Shown here: piece after piece, positions 32,656-40,767 of the stretch | How positions within the stretch are numbered: the stretch's first letter is position 1 | How the letters are laid out: each line of letters begins with the position of its first letter | Source of the DNA: Methanomassiliicoccales archaeon | GTDB lineage: Archaea > Thermoplasmatota > Thermoplasmata > SG8-5 > JAGLSY01 | Assembly (NCBI GenBank): GCA_030672365.1 | Contig: DAOVGM010000022.1 | Span: 1 to 53,787, forward strand | DNA: 53,787 nt | Reading direction: 5' to 3' | The notes under the pieces: model-generated | What the model was told of the DNA's origin: nothing | What the model saw: the letters and a program-made list of their open reading frames with translations, nothing else | The model's database searches: none | Made by a program: the position numbers and the translations under genes

Positions 32656-34209
32656 ATGAGTAAAAAACTGACAATTGAAGATATGCAGAAGCTTGCAGAG
32701 TCGAGAGGTGGGAAGTGCTTATCAAAGGAGTACGTAAACACTAAAAGAAAAATTATCTGGCAATGTGGCAATGGTCATACATGGGAAGCCTCACCTCAAA
32801 GTGTTAAACAAGGTGGCTGGTGTCAATATTGTGCTAACATTCAGTTAAGCAAAGAGAGACGATTGGATTTTAACATTGTTTTACATAAAATCAAAGAACT
32901 GGACGGAGAATATATTTCAGGAAAATATAGGAATAATCAATCAAAATTATTTATTCGATGCAAAGAAGGCCATGAATGGCAAACAAACTACGCTAATATT
33001 CAGAACGGGAGATGGTGTCCAATATGCGCTAGAATTAAGCAAGCAGATCGACAAAGGGGTAATATTGACGAGATGAAAGAAATTGCGAAACAAAGAGGTG
33101 GCATATGCATCTCAGAGAAATATGTAGATTCTCACACACCCCTCAACTGGAGTTGTGCTGAAGGTCACGAGTGGTTTTCATCACCTCTTTCTGTAAAAAA
33201 TCAAGGAACATGGTGTCCAGAATGTAATATTTTCATCGGTGAAAAGATTTGCAAAGAAATTTTCACTATATTATTTAATAAAAAATTTCGAAAAGCAAGG
33301 CCAGAATGGTTAATTAATCCAAAAACAGGCAGATGTATGGAACTCGACGGATATAATAAGGAATTAAAATTAGCTTTTGAACACCATGGAATTCAGCATT
33401 ATTTTCAAGATGAAAAGCATTTTCACAAAGTTAATAAATTCAGAGACCAGCAAGAAAGAGATATTATCAAAAAGAAATTATGTGCTGAACAGAAAGTCAA
33501 ATTAGTGGTTATACCATATTATGTTCACCATAATCGGAAGTTGCAATTTATTATAGACCAGTGCAAATCATATGGTTATAAAATTGATAATATTCCCCTT
33601 GAACTTTATGATTTTAAAAATCTCTCTATCTATAAAAAAGAACGACTTAAAGAAATAAGGGAAATCGCAGAGTCTAAAGGTGGTAAATGTTTAAATGAGT
33701 CGTTTATAGACTATCAAACAAAAATGAAATTTCAATGTGAAAATGGGCACATATTTTCAATGTCAAGTGCACAAATAAAATATCATAAAAGCTGGTGTCT
33801 TGAATGTGCTGGCATAAAACGATATACAAAAAATGATATGATAAAGTTGTCAAAATCACGGAATGGAAAATTCTTGTCTGATGACTTTACTAATGTTAAT
33901 GAAATCCATGAATGGCAATGTTCAAAGGGTCACCGATGGAAAACCCGGCCTGGGAATATAATCAAAGGCCACTGGTGTCCTCATTGTGCGGGTCAAGGCA
34001 AACTATCAATTGAATTGATGAAGCAAATAGCCAGTGAACGAGGGGGAGAGTGCCTTTCAGATGTTTATGTAAATGCAAAAACAAAATTACATTTTAAATG
34101 TGAAAATGGGCATGAATGGTGGGCACAACCGTACCATATCAAAAAAGGTGCTTGGTGTCATTATTGTTCAGGAAGACGCAAGTGGCCACCAAGCGTCCCG
34201 AGCAGGTAG
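32656..34209 (+). CDS. Six-fold zinc-ribbon repeat protein with a central PD-(D/E)xK-like nuclease core (AT-rich island)
   Basis: 517 aa. Six units of the type GGxC[LI]S..Y.....(W/F)xCxxGHxW......[IV]xxGxWCxxC, arranged 3+3 around ELDGYNKELKLAFEHHGIQHY...VKLVVIPY. The ribbons resemble the 'probable zinc-ribbon' (DUF4379-type) domain. Visibly AT-rich. The last ~10 codons and the stop lie in repeat A7. Confidence 0.75.
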   Translation: MSKKLTIEDMQKLAESRGGKCLSKEYVNTKRKIIWQCGNGHTWEASPQSVKQGGWCQYCANIQLSKERRLDFNIVLHKIKELDGEYISGKYRNNQSKLFIRCKEGHEWQTNYANIQNGRWCPICARIKQADRQRGNIDEMKEIAKQRGGICISEKYVDSHTPLNWSCAEGHEWFSSPLSVKNQGTWCPECNIFIGEKICKEIFTILFNKKFRKARPEWLINPKTGRCMELDGYNKELKLAFEHHGIQHYFQDEKHFHKVNKFRDQQERDIIKKKLCAEQKVKLVVIPYYVHHNRKLQFIIDQCKSYGYKIDNIPLELYDFKNLSIYKKERLKEIREIAESKGGKCLNESFIDYQTKMKFQCENGHIFSMSSAQIKYHKSWCLECAGIKRYTKNDMIKLSKSRNGKFLSDDFTNVNEIHEWQCSKGHRWKTRPGNIIKGHWCPHCAGQGKLSIELMKQIASERGGECLSDVYVNAKTKLHFKCENGHEWWAQPYHIKKGAWCHYCSGRRKWPPSVPSR

Positions 34210-34446
34210 GGGACGGCCAGCGCAGGGACGCAACGGTTAGGGGATGGTTGGGGCATGCCCCGTCTGTAAGGGCGGGGTTAATTCCTCGCCGAATTATCGA
34301 CTTCGGCGAGTGGGTGATGGACAAACTGGCTCTGATTTGAGAGCCCCGTGTGTGAGCACGGGGGTGTCAAATATAACATTGAGCGAAAGGGTGGGGGGCC
34401 AACCCATTGTTTGGGGTGGGTAAAAACAACCATCCGGGGCGGGCCA
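34196..34446 (+). repeat. Family-A intergenic repeat, long divergent mosaic (A7)
   Basis: CCCGAGCAGGTAGGGGACGGCCAGCGCAGGG..., hairpins GGGGCATGCCCC, CTCGCCGAA-TTATCGAC-TTCGGCGAG and CCCCGTG-TGTGAG-CACGGGG, then AAGGGTGGGGGGCCAACCCATTGTTTGGGGTGGG...GGGGCGGGC. Confidence 0.75.
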
Positions 34447-34447
34447 A

Positions 34448-35458
34448 TCACCCAACATCCCAATACTTTTTCTGAATCTCCACCGCCACATCAATGAATT
34501 CTTCTCCAACACAGTCCCTATCCAGCACGTTCGTAAATTCAAGTGGTACAGTTTTATTTTCAAACATCGCAATTGTCCCGCAAACTGTCTCCGCCTGCGC
34601 CCTGAGATTGTAGCCGCCCTCCAAGGCGAATGCGATGCGATTCTCTGTGTTCTCCTTCGCGAAGTTCAGCAATCTTTTGATTAGATTGAGGTAGCCTGGG
34701 CTCGATAATGAGAGGGATGCCAGTGTCTCTGTGTAATGGGCGTCCGCACCATAACTGACGATCATGAACTTTGGCTCGAACTGCTGCAAGATGGGCATGA
34801 TGATTTTGTCGTAGGCCAGCTCGAAGGTTGTGTCGCCTGCTTGGCTAAGCATCGGGATGTTCACGTTGAAACCTTCTCCAGGGCCTTCCCCGACATCGGC
34901 TGGATGGCCGGTTCCCGGGTAAATACCCCATTGGTGGGTTGATATGTACAAGACATCTGGGTTCTCGGAAAATATGTCATTGGTTCCGTTGCCATGGTGT
35001 ACGTCCATGTCCACGATCGCCACCTTGCCGACCTTTTTCGACATCTGGCAAGCCGCAACTGCCACGCTGTTGAAGTAGCAAAAGCCGCCTCCGTGATCCG
35101 GCCCTGCATGATGGCCGGGGGGGCGGACGAGGGCGTATGCCGGCCTTTTGTTATCGTGAGAGAGTTCAGCGGCTTTGACCACTCCGCCGACTGCCAACCT
35201 CGCCATCTCGAAGGTGTGGGGGTGGATGTACGAATCTGCATCCATGTGGCCCTGGCCGAAATCCTTGATGAAATCTATGTAATCTTCGTCGTGAGCCAGC
35301 GCGATTGTTTGCTCCGGCGCCGGCTCGGGTTGGACTCGCTCGACGTTTGGAAGGACTTCGTCGAGCATTTCCATGATTGAAAAATAGCGTTCCGGGCACT
35401 CGGGATGGCCCGGCGTTTGGGTCAGCTGGCCGTAGTCCTCATGATGGATTACCGTCAT
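34448..35458 (-). CDS. Histone deacetylase / acetoin-utilisation (AcuC/AphA) family deacetylase
   Basis: RPPGHHA, DVHHGNGT and EGGY motifs. Start set at the MTVIHHEDYG ATG (35458); the upstream 43 ORF codons overlap the RDD gene. Confidence 0.88.
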   Translation of the reverse strand: MTVIHHEDYGQLTQTPGHPECPERYFSIMEMLDEVLPNVERVQPEPAPEQTIALAHDEDYIDFIKDFGQGHMDADSYIHPHTFEMARLAVGGVVKAAELSHDNKRPAYALVRPPGHHAGPDHGGGFCYFNSVAVAACQMSKKVGKVAIVDMDVHHGNGTNDIFSENPDVLYISTHQWGIYPGTGHPADVGEGPGEGFNVNIPMLSQAGDTTFELAYDKIIMPILQQFEPKFMIVSYGADAHYTETLASLSLSSPGYLNLIKRLLNFAKENTENRIAFALEGGYNLRAQAETVCGTIAMFENKTVPLEFTNVLDRDCVGEEFIDVAVEIQKKYWDVG

Positions 35459-35978
35459 TGTGGTATTCTCCTGGTCTCTCTTCTGTTGGCTGCTCTTCTT
35501 CCGGGGGCTGGGTGTCTGTCTCGGTTTCCGTTTTCTTGTGCAGATGGAAGTCCGGCTCTTTGATCTGGATGACAGTCGTCTGTGCAATTCTGTCGAACAT
35601 TCTCTGTCTGGGGTCGCCGCGTGTGGCCAATCCTATCACCGTGTCCAGCGGGAGAAGGACGAACCAGAAGAGTTTCGGGACGTTGCGAAGGATTATTCGA
35701 TTTCCGGGCTTGTCGCTCGTAAGTGGCCGGATTTTGAGACCGGCCAGCTTCTTTCCTATCGTGAAGTCAAATGAGTATTCTAGGGTTGCCGAGTAAAGGA
35801 AAAAAGCCGTGGACGAGAAAAGGCCGGCGAAGACATAATCATTGTAATCGATGAGCCAGAAGATTATACCTAAGGTCACGAATACAATTATGCCGTCGAT
35901 GATTATGGCCAGTGCTCTGAAGGCCCAGTGCCTTTGAAGGCGCTTGTCGTGACCCAGAATGTCGAAGCCCGTGACCAT
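35439..35978 (-). CDS. RDD-family membrane protein
   Basis: 179 aa. RALAIIIDGIIVF, 3 TM segments, LRPLTSDK... and a DR/RDD-type motif; acidic, Pro-rich tail. Confidence 0.7.
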   Translation of the reverse strand: MVTGFDILGHDKRLQRHWAFRALAIIIDGIIVFVTLGIIFWLIDYNDYVFAGLFSSTAFFLYSATLEYSFDFTIGKKLAGLKIRPLTSDKPGNRIILRNVPKLFWFVLLPLDTVIGLATRGDPRQRMFDRIAQTTVIQIKEPDFHLHKKTETETDTQPPEEEQPTEERPGEYHNDGNPS

Positions 35979-36021
35979 GAAAACCGTGGGGTAATCGCTC
36001 TCAGGATAATTAAAATGACGC

Positions 36022-37209
36022 TCAGAGCAGGAGTGCGCCCACGATTATCATGAAAATCATGGTGCTGGCTATCGACGGCCACATCCTCTTGAAATAGTCC
36101 TTGAGGCTGACCTTGAAGTACTCGATGGAGACCGTGTTGCAGGGGTGCACAGGCGAGATGAGGTATCCGAGGAACACGCTGAAATACATCACCGCGAAAC
36201 TCACTGGCTCCATTGATGTCACCGTGAAGTTCGTCATGTAAATCGGGATTATGATGGTAATTGGCAGCTGGATGCGGCCAGTTGCGAAGCCCAGTAAGAA
36301 CCCGATGAGCACCAGAAGGACGACCTTCGGCGGGTTGAAATCGGATATCAACTCCGGCGCGCCGGATTCCTTGAAGATGTTCAAGAACACGAACATGCCC
36401 ATCACGATGAGGGCGAATCTCCACGGCCTCATTTTTTTGGTGACCTTTTTGATTCCTCTAATTTTAATCCGGCTGATGTAGAGTGCGAGGGCCAGCGACA
36501 CAGTCACCGCAATCACCAGGCTGATTTCCCGGTATGCGAAATCGATTGTGTTCAGGAGTGTGAAGTCGAGAACCGGAGCGACCATGATGATGCCCAGCGG
36601 GATTGCCAGGCCCCTGAGCGAAAATGCCTTGCTGTAATCTATCCGGCCTCTGACAAACCGGACGAAAAAGATGTAGCCCACGACCAGCAGGAGGAAGAAG
36701 AACGGCATGAGGTACGGAATCGCGGTGTAAATCTCCAGGCCGGCGATCTTCGCGCCTACTATAAGCGATGTCGAGAGCGGGTAAACGAGATAAAGCGCGT
36801 GACGGTACCAGACATTGATAGCCACCTTGTCGACATCCGGCACTCCCCTGCCACCCTTTTGGACCAGCGGCGCCGACAGGAGGGCGCCGCCCGGCATGGG
36901 CAACATTCCGACAAGTGCCGGTGAAAACATCAGGAATGGCTTTTTTCCGATTCTGAGATTGTTGACCAGCGACTCCATGAGGCCGCGGCGGTCCATGATG
37001 CCCCCGATTATGGGGATGAGGCCGACGGCCAGCGTCAAGAGGAGTACTGAGGGGTCGAGTAACGTCCCGTAGATAATTTCCCACATCTCGTGGGGGATGG
37101 CCAGAAAGCCGAGAACGAAGCCTGCGGCAAACATCGCGACCCATAAACTCCAGCGTGACATTATGAGAAGGATTGCAAGTGCGGCGATGAAGCCGACGAG
37201 CGCGTTCAT
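36022..37209 (-). CDS. Polytopic membrane protein, putative permease (DUF401-like)
   Basis: 395 aa with about 10-11 hydrophobic segments. The family assignment is from memory of DUF401/TIGR00529-type proteins and is tentative. Confidence 0.6.
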   Translation of the reverse strand: MNALVGFIAALAILLIMSRWSLWVAMFAAGFVLGFLAIPHEMWEIIYGTLLDPSVLLLTLAVGLIPIIGGIMDRRGLMESLVNNLRIGKKPFLMFSPALVGMLPMPGGALLSAPLVQKGGRGVPDVDKVAINVWYRHALYLVYPLSTSLIVGAKIAGLEIYTAIPYLMPFFFLLLVVGYIFFVRFVRGRIDYSKAFSLRGLAIPLGIIMVAPVLDFTLLNTIDFAYREISLVIAVTVSLALALYISRIKIRGIKKVTKKMRPWRFALIVMGMFVFLNIFKESGAPELISDFNPPKVVLLVLIGFLLGFATGRIQLPITIIIPIYMTNFTVTSMEPVSFAVMYFSVFLGYLISPVHPCNTVSIEYFKVSLKDYFKRMWPSIASTMIFMIIVGALLL

Positions 37210-37254
37210 GGCAACCCCGAGAGATTAAGCTGGCTTAATTATTTCTGAAACAAG

Positions 37255-37425
37255 GCAGCTCGTGGCTTCGTTAGAAAAGAGAAATCTCATGGCTGACCTA
37301 TCGGCAGCCATCCTCATGATTGGGCTCCGCCAATCATAAAAAGGACGGTATGCTTCGCACACCATCTAAAAAGGCCGGAAAGCCCAGGCACTTTCTTCGA
37401 AAGCTTGCCTGGACTATCCAGTTAA
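37255..37425. repeat. Family-B hairpin mosaic (B4)
   Basis: Hairpins CATGGCTGACCTATCGGCAGCCAT, CATGATTGGGCTCCGCCAATCAT and CCAGGCACTTTC-TTC-GAAAGCTTGCCTGG. AAAAAGGACGG is the reverse complement of CCGTCCTTTTT at about 45300. Confidence 0.45.
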
Positions 37426-37428
37426 AAG

Positions 37429-37537
37429 CGCCATCGAGCGGGCTCGAACCGCTGACCTTCCGGTCTCCGCGTCTGATGGCGAGCTTGTCTCGCCGTCAGT
37501 TAACAGCCGGATGCTCCACCTGCTGAGCTACGATGGC
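37429..37537 (-). tRNA. tRNA-Asn (anticodon GUU) with a ~36-nt intron at the canonical 37/38 position
   Basis: The minus strand reads: GCCATCG-TA-GCTC-AGCAGGTG-GAGC-A-TCCGG-CTGTTA, then the intron ACTGACGGCGAGACAAGCTCGCCATCAGACGCGGAG, then A-CCGGA-AGGTC-AGCGG-TTCGAGC-CCGCT-CGATGGC-G. All four stems pair and the intron contains its own hairpin (BHB-compatible). Confidence 0.88.
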
Positions 37538-37825
37538 TTATTGCACTTCTTTCAACGATTTCTGGAGCTCTTTTATGGTCTTGTTCAGGATGTCCATGTC
37601 CTTTTTCAGGTCTCTGAGGAATTTCTGGGTTTTATTGGTCGTCCGCGCGCCGGTTTGGGTGGCGTCGATGATGCCGTCCTTTTCCAGCAGTCTGAGCGAG
37701 TACCTGACCTTGTGCTGCGGAAGTTTCAGTTGGGTAGCCAGCTTGATGATGCCGATTGGTTCGTTTTCTGAAACTGCGCGCAACATCAGCACATGCCTTT
37801 GAAGCAGTTTGAGGTCGTCGCTCAT
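37538..37825 (-). CDS. Winged-helix transcriptional regulator (small archaeal wHTH)
   Basis: 95 aa. LRAVSENEPIGIIKLATQLKLPQHKVRYSLRLLEKDGII is a wHTH pattern, followed by a C-terminal coiled tail. Confidence 0.7.
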   Translation of the reverse strand: MSDDLKLLQRHVLMLRAVSENEPIGIIKLATQLKLPQHKVRYSLRLLEKDGIIDATQTGARTTNKTQKFLRDLKKDMDILNKTIKELQKSLKEVQ

Positions 37826-37931
37826 CTTCTTCGACAGGACGCGGGTTTTTCCAGTCAGTCAATTCCTCCTTGGGCTGTGCCACAGCATAGCACGTCGATA
37901 TTTTAAGGTTTCGAGGATATTCACCCTCGTT

Positions 37932-38450
37932 ATGAGTGCGAAGGACATCATCAAGAAACTCAAGCGTGGGAACGAGCGTTTCGTGTCCCTGAAATATCAC
38001 GACGTCGTGGCAAATGCCCGTAGCCAGTCTCCCGACGTAGCAGTTCTCACTTGCGCAGATTCGCGAGTTCCCCCTGAGCTCATTTTCAGCAAGGGCATCG
38101 GCGATCTGTTCGTCGTGAGGGTCGCCGGAAACGTCGCGTTCGAGCCGTCGGTAATCGAATCTCTCGAATACTCCGTTGCCCACCTCGGCGTGAAGGTCAT
38201 CCTCGTCCTGGGACATACCAGGTGCGGTGCGGTCGGCGCCACGTTGAACGGCGCAAAAAGCCCTCTGATGGACGAAATCCGAGCCGGCTTCAGGTCACAG
38301 GTGAAACCGGAGGTTGCGAATCTGACCAGGCAGCTGGAAATGCTGCCGGAAAGGAGCCCGGTCATTGCCAAGGCGGTTGCAGATGGGGAAGTTGTTTTGG
38401 CCGGAGCGATGTATGACCTGGAGACTGGTGCGGTGGAATTTCTGGAATAG
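37932..38450 (+). CDS. Beta-class carbonic anhydrase
   Basis: LKRGNERF, CADSRVPPE, FVVRVAGN and GHTRCGAV motifs. Start set at the MSAKDII ATG (37932). Confidence 0.88.
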   Translation: MSAKDIIKKLKRGNERFVSLKYHDVVANARSQSPDVAVLTCADSRVPPELIFSKGIGDLFVVRVAGNVAFEPSVIESLEYSVAHLGVKVILVLGHTRCGAVGATLNGAKSPLMDEIRAGFRSQVKPEVANLTRQLEMLPERSPVIAKAVADGEVVLAGAMYDLETGAVEFLE

Positions 38451-38454
38451 ACTG

Positions 38455-38560
38455 CCGTATGCTCCACCAATTACATGCAAAACTCGAAGCCATAAATGCT
38501 GGCTTCGAGCAATTGAGCATATGGCTGCTTGAATATGAACTTCCAGACCATTAGGCTGGT
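38455..38560. repeat. Family-B hairpin mosaic (B5)
   Basis: CTCGAAGCCATAAATGCTGGCTTCGAG-CAA-TTGAGCATATGGCTGCT is the reverse complement of the B3 unit at about 32484-32536. Confidence 0.5.
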
Positions 38561-38619
38561 AGTTCTTAGAAAAGACTATATTTCCTAAGGCCATTACACC
38601 TCCTGCTCTGTCGGAGGAT

Positions 38620-39480
38620 ATGATGGGATTCGAAGTACGCAAGATACCAACCGCAGTTAGCGATTTTGACGCCATAATTCAAGGCGGATTGCCCGAGGGC
38701 TCTGTCGTACTTTTGCTGGGTGATGTGGGAGCTGGTCAGCATGAGTTTGTCTATACCTCCGCCTCGAAGACTGCGATCGTCAAGGAACACCCGAACCTGA
38801 GTGAGTACTATCTCGGATCCTTCGCTGATGTCGGATCTCTTCCAGAAAAAATATGTTACGTCTCTTTCTCGAGGTCGAAGGAGGACGTTTTACGTGAAGT
38901 TGGCTCGTCCTTCAACTCGCATTATCACGACGCTCTAAAGCGGAAACTTATTTTCAAAGATCTTTCGTCCAGTTACTTCAAAAAGAGCCTCGTCCCGCAG
39001 AGCTGGACAGACGAGGACAATGACGGGAACAAGCCTGCCAATCCGTTTTCAACAGCCCCGAAAGAAGGGGTTTTAGAATCGCTCGTCAACTTTCTGGACG
39101 AGAACGCGAAGGATGCGGTCATAATCGTGGATTCGCTGACAGACCTCGTTGTTACCAATACTGTGGACACGAGAGAGCTTGTGGGGGTGCTCAAGGGCAT
39201 TCAGCGCGCCGCGAAGAAATGGAACGGTATCATCTACTTACTGCTGACTCAGGGCATACTGGACAAGCGCGAGGAGCAGATGCTGGTCGACAGCGTGGAT
39301 GGCGTCCTCATCTTCGAGTGGAACAAGTATTTCCGGACGACGAAGCGCCAGCGTTACCTCTTCATCGAGAAGTTCATGAGCGTTCTGCCTCACATTGAGG
39401 GAGATAGAATAGCCAGATTCCCCACGATGATTACCTCGCGAAGCGGTCTGGTCGTTATCAACATGGAGAGAATTTCATAG
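38620..39480 (+). CDS. KaiC/RecA-like protein with a degenerate Walker A (probably a non-catalytic paralog)
   Basis: 286 aa. FDAIIQGGLPEGSVVLLLGDVGAGQHEF has Gln-His where GK[ST] is expected. Walker-B-like VIIVDSLTDL and the KaiC-family C-terminal layout are present. Confidence 0.7.
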   Translation: MMGFEVRKIPTAVSDFDAIIQGGLPEGSVVLLLGDVGAGQHEFVYTSASKTAIVKEHPNLSEYYLGSFADVGSLPEKICYVSFSRSKEDVLREVGSSFNSHYHDALKRKLIFKDLSSSYFKKSLVPQSWTDEDNDGNKPANPFSTAPKEGVLESLVNFLDENAKDAVIIVDSLTDLVVTNTVDTRELVGVLKGIQRAAKKWNGIIYLLLTQGILDKREEQMLVDSVDGVLIFEWNKYFRTTKRQRYLFIEKFMSVLPHIEGDRIARFPTMITSRSGLVVINMERIS

Positions 39481-39483
39481 GTG

Positions 39484-39595
39484 AGTTGAATGAGTGAGCA
39501 GAGCGAATACATTCAACAGCACCGAACGAAGAGAGGTGATGCAGAATGAGTGAGAGTAGAGAACACATTCAAAAGCTCCGACCGAAAGGAGGAGA
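39484..39595 (+). repeat. Family-C intercistronic hairpin repeat, two tandem copies (C1, C2)
   Basis: TTGAATGAGTGAGCAGAGCGAATACATTCAACAGCACCGAACGAA and CAGAATGAGTGAGAGTAGAGAACACATTCAAAAGCTCCGACCGAAAGG. A third copy lies at 51096-51140. Confidence 0.6.
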
Positions 39596-39600
39596 TTATT

Positions 39601-40302
39601 ATGGCTGAGGAGAAAGTAGCAACTGGGATTCAAGGCTTAGACGAAATGCTCGGCGGGGGCATTCCCGCAGGTCACATACTCGCGGTTCTGGGCTCGTGCG
39701 GGACAGGAAAGTCGACTCTCACGCTCCAATACATCTGGCAGGGCCTTCAGAACGGAGAAAAAGCAATTTTCATCAGCCTCGAAGAGGATGAGAATTCCAT
39801 CAAGAAGAATGCCGCTAATTTCGGCTGGGACTTACAGCCGTTCATCGACAACAACTCTCTCTCTCTAGTTAAGCTCGAGCCCGCGGACGCAAAGAACACG
39901 GTCCAGAAGATAAACAGCGAACTGCCAGGATTCATCAAGGAGTTCGGTGCCAAGAGGGTGGTGCTGGATTCAGTGTCCCTGCTCAGCATGATGTTCGACA
40001 ACGAGTCCGAGAAGAGAACCAATCTATTCGGTTTGTGCGACCAGATAAAGGAGACTGGCTCCACCGCGTTGTTCACGGCGGAGGTCAAGGACGACAACCC
40101 GAACGTCTCGCGGGGCGGCCTCGTGGAGTACGTGGCAGACGGCGTTCTCCTCCTGCGATATCGGGAATCGGCAGACTCAAGTGAGGTCCAGCTGTCATTG
40201 AGAATTGTAAAAATGAGGCGCGCCCAGCACTCCCGTAGAATCAAACCTTACAGCATTACGAGCAAAGGCATCGAGGTGCATACCCAAGCAGAAGTTTTTT
40301 GA
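39601..40302 (+). CDS. KaiC/RecA-like ATPase, canonical P-loop
   Basis: Start at the MAEEK ATG with GGAGG upstream. GIQGLDEMLGGGIPAGHILAVLGSCGTGKSTL, Walker B RVVLDSVSLL, and LRIVKMRRAQHS. Confidence 0.88.
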   Translation: MAEEKVATGIQGLDEMLGGGIPAGHILAVLGSCGTGKSTLTLQYIWQGLQNGEKAIFISLEEDENSIKKNAANFGWDLQPFIDNNSLSLVKLEPADAKNTVQKINSELPGFIKEFGAKRVVLDSVSLLSMMFDNESEKRTNLFGLCDQIKETGSTALFTAEVKDDNPNVSRGGLVEYVADGVLLLRYRESADSSEVQLSLRIVKMRRAQHSRRIKPYSITSKGIEVHTQAEVF

Positions 40303-40371
40303 TTCCCTCTCCTACCGGAGCCTTGATCGGTTGGGTATAGGAAAAAAGTGGTAGGCCAGCAATTCTGCTAA

Positions 40372-40677
40372 CTAATATTCGCGCCAGGAATTTTCGCATT
40401 TCACACATCGATAGATGCGGGTCTCGGGCTCGTCCGCGGCCCGGGTCTGCCTCAAGACCCAATATGCCTCGTTGTGACCGCATTTCGGGCATTCCGCCTT
40501 GGTCTTCGGGAGCGTGTCCAAGTTTCCCTCGATAACCATCATTTCCTTGTCCTTCGAGCGCTCGGTAACTATCTTGTCCGGCGCATTGCCGTTGCTCTCG
40601 CCGCTGTGACCGCATTTCTTGCACAGCCAGTCACCTTCGGACGGAACCATTAAAGCCTTGCACTTCGGACAGAACAT
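40372..40677 (-). CDS. tfs: Transcription factor S (TFS; RNA polymerase subunit M-like)
   Basis: 101 aa. N-terminal ribbon CPKC...CKKC and C-terminal ribbon CPKCGHNEAYW...QTRAADEP...YRCVKC carrying the acidic DE loop. Confidence 0.92.
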   Translation of the reverse strand: MFCPKCKALMVPSEGDWLCKKCGHSGESNGNAPDKIVTERSKDKEMMVIEGNLDTLPKTKAECPKCGHNEAYWVLRQTRAADEPETRIYRCVKCENSWREY

Positions 40678-40767
40678 CGGAACACTCCCGCGGCCAAATC
40701 ACAGTGGGCGTATAAATAGTTTTATTAATGGTATCCATAATGTCAGTATAGTAGGGATGGTGTCGTG

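Noticed and set aside
37320-37526. 68-aa + strand ORF
   Set aside because: It overlaps the tRNA-Asn gene and the family-B hairpin mosaic and has no protein-like features.
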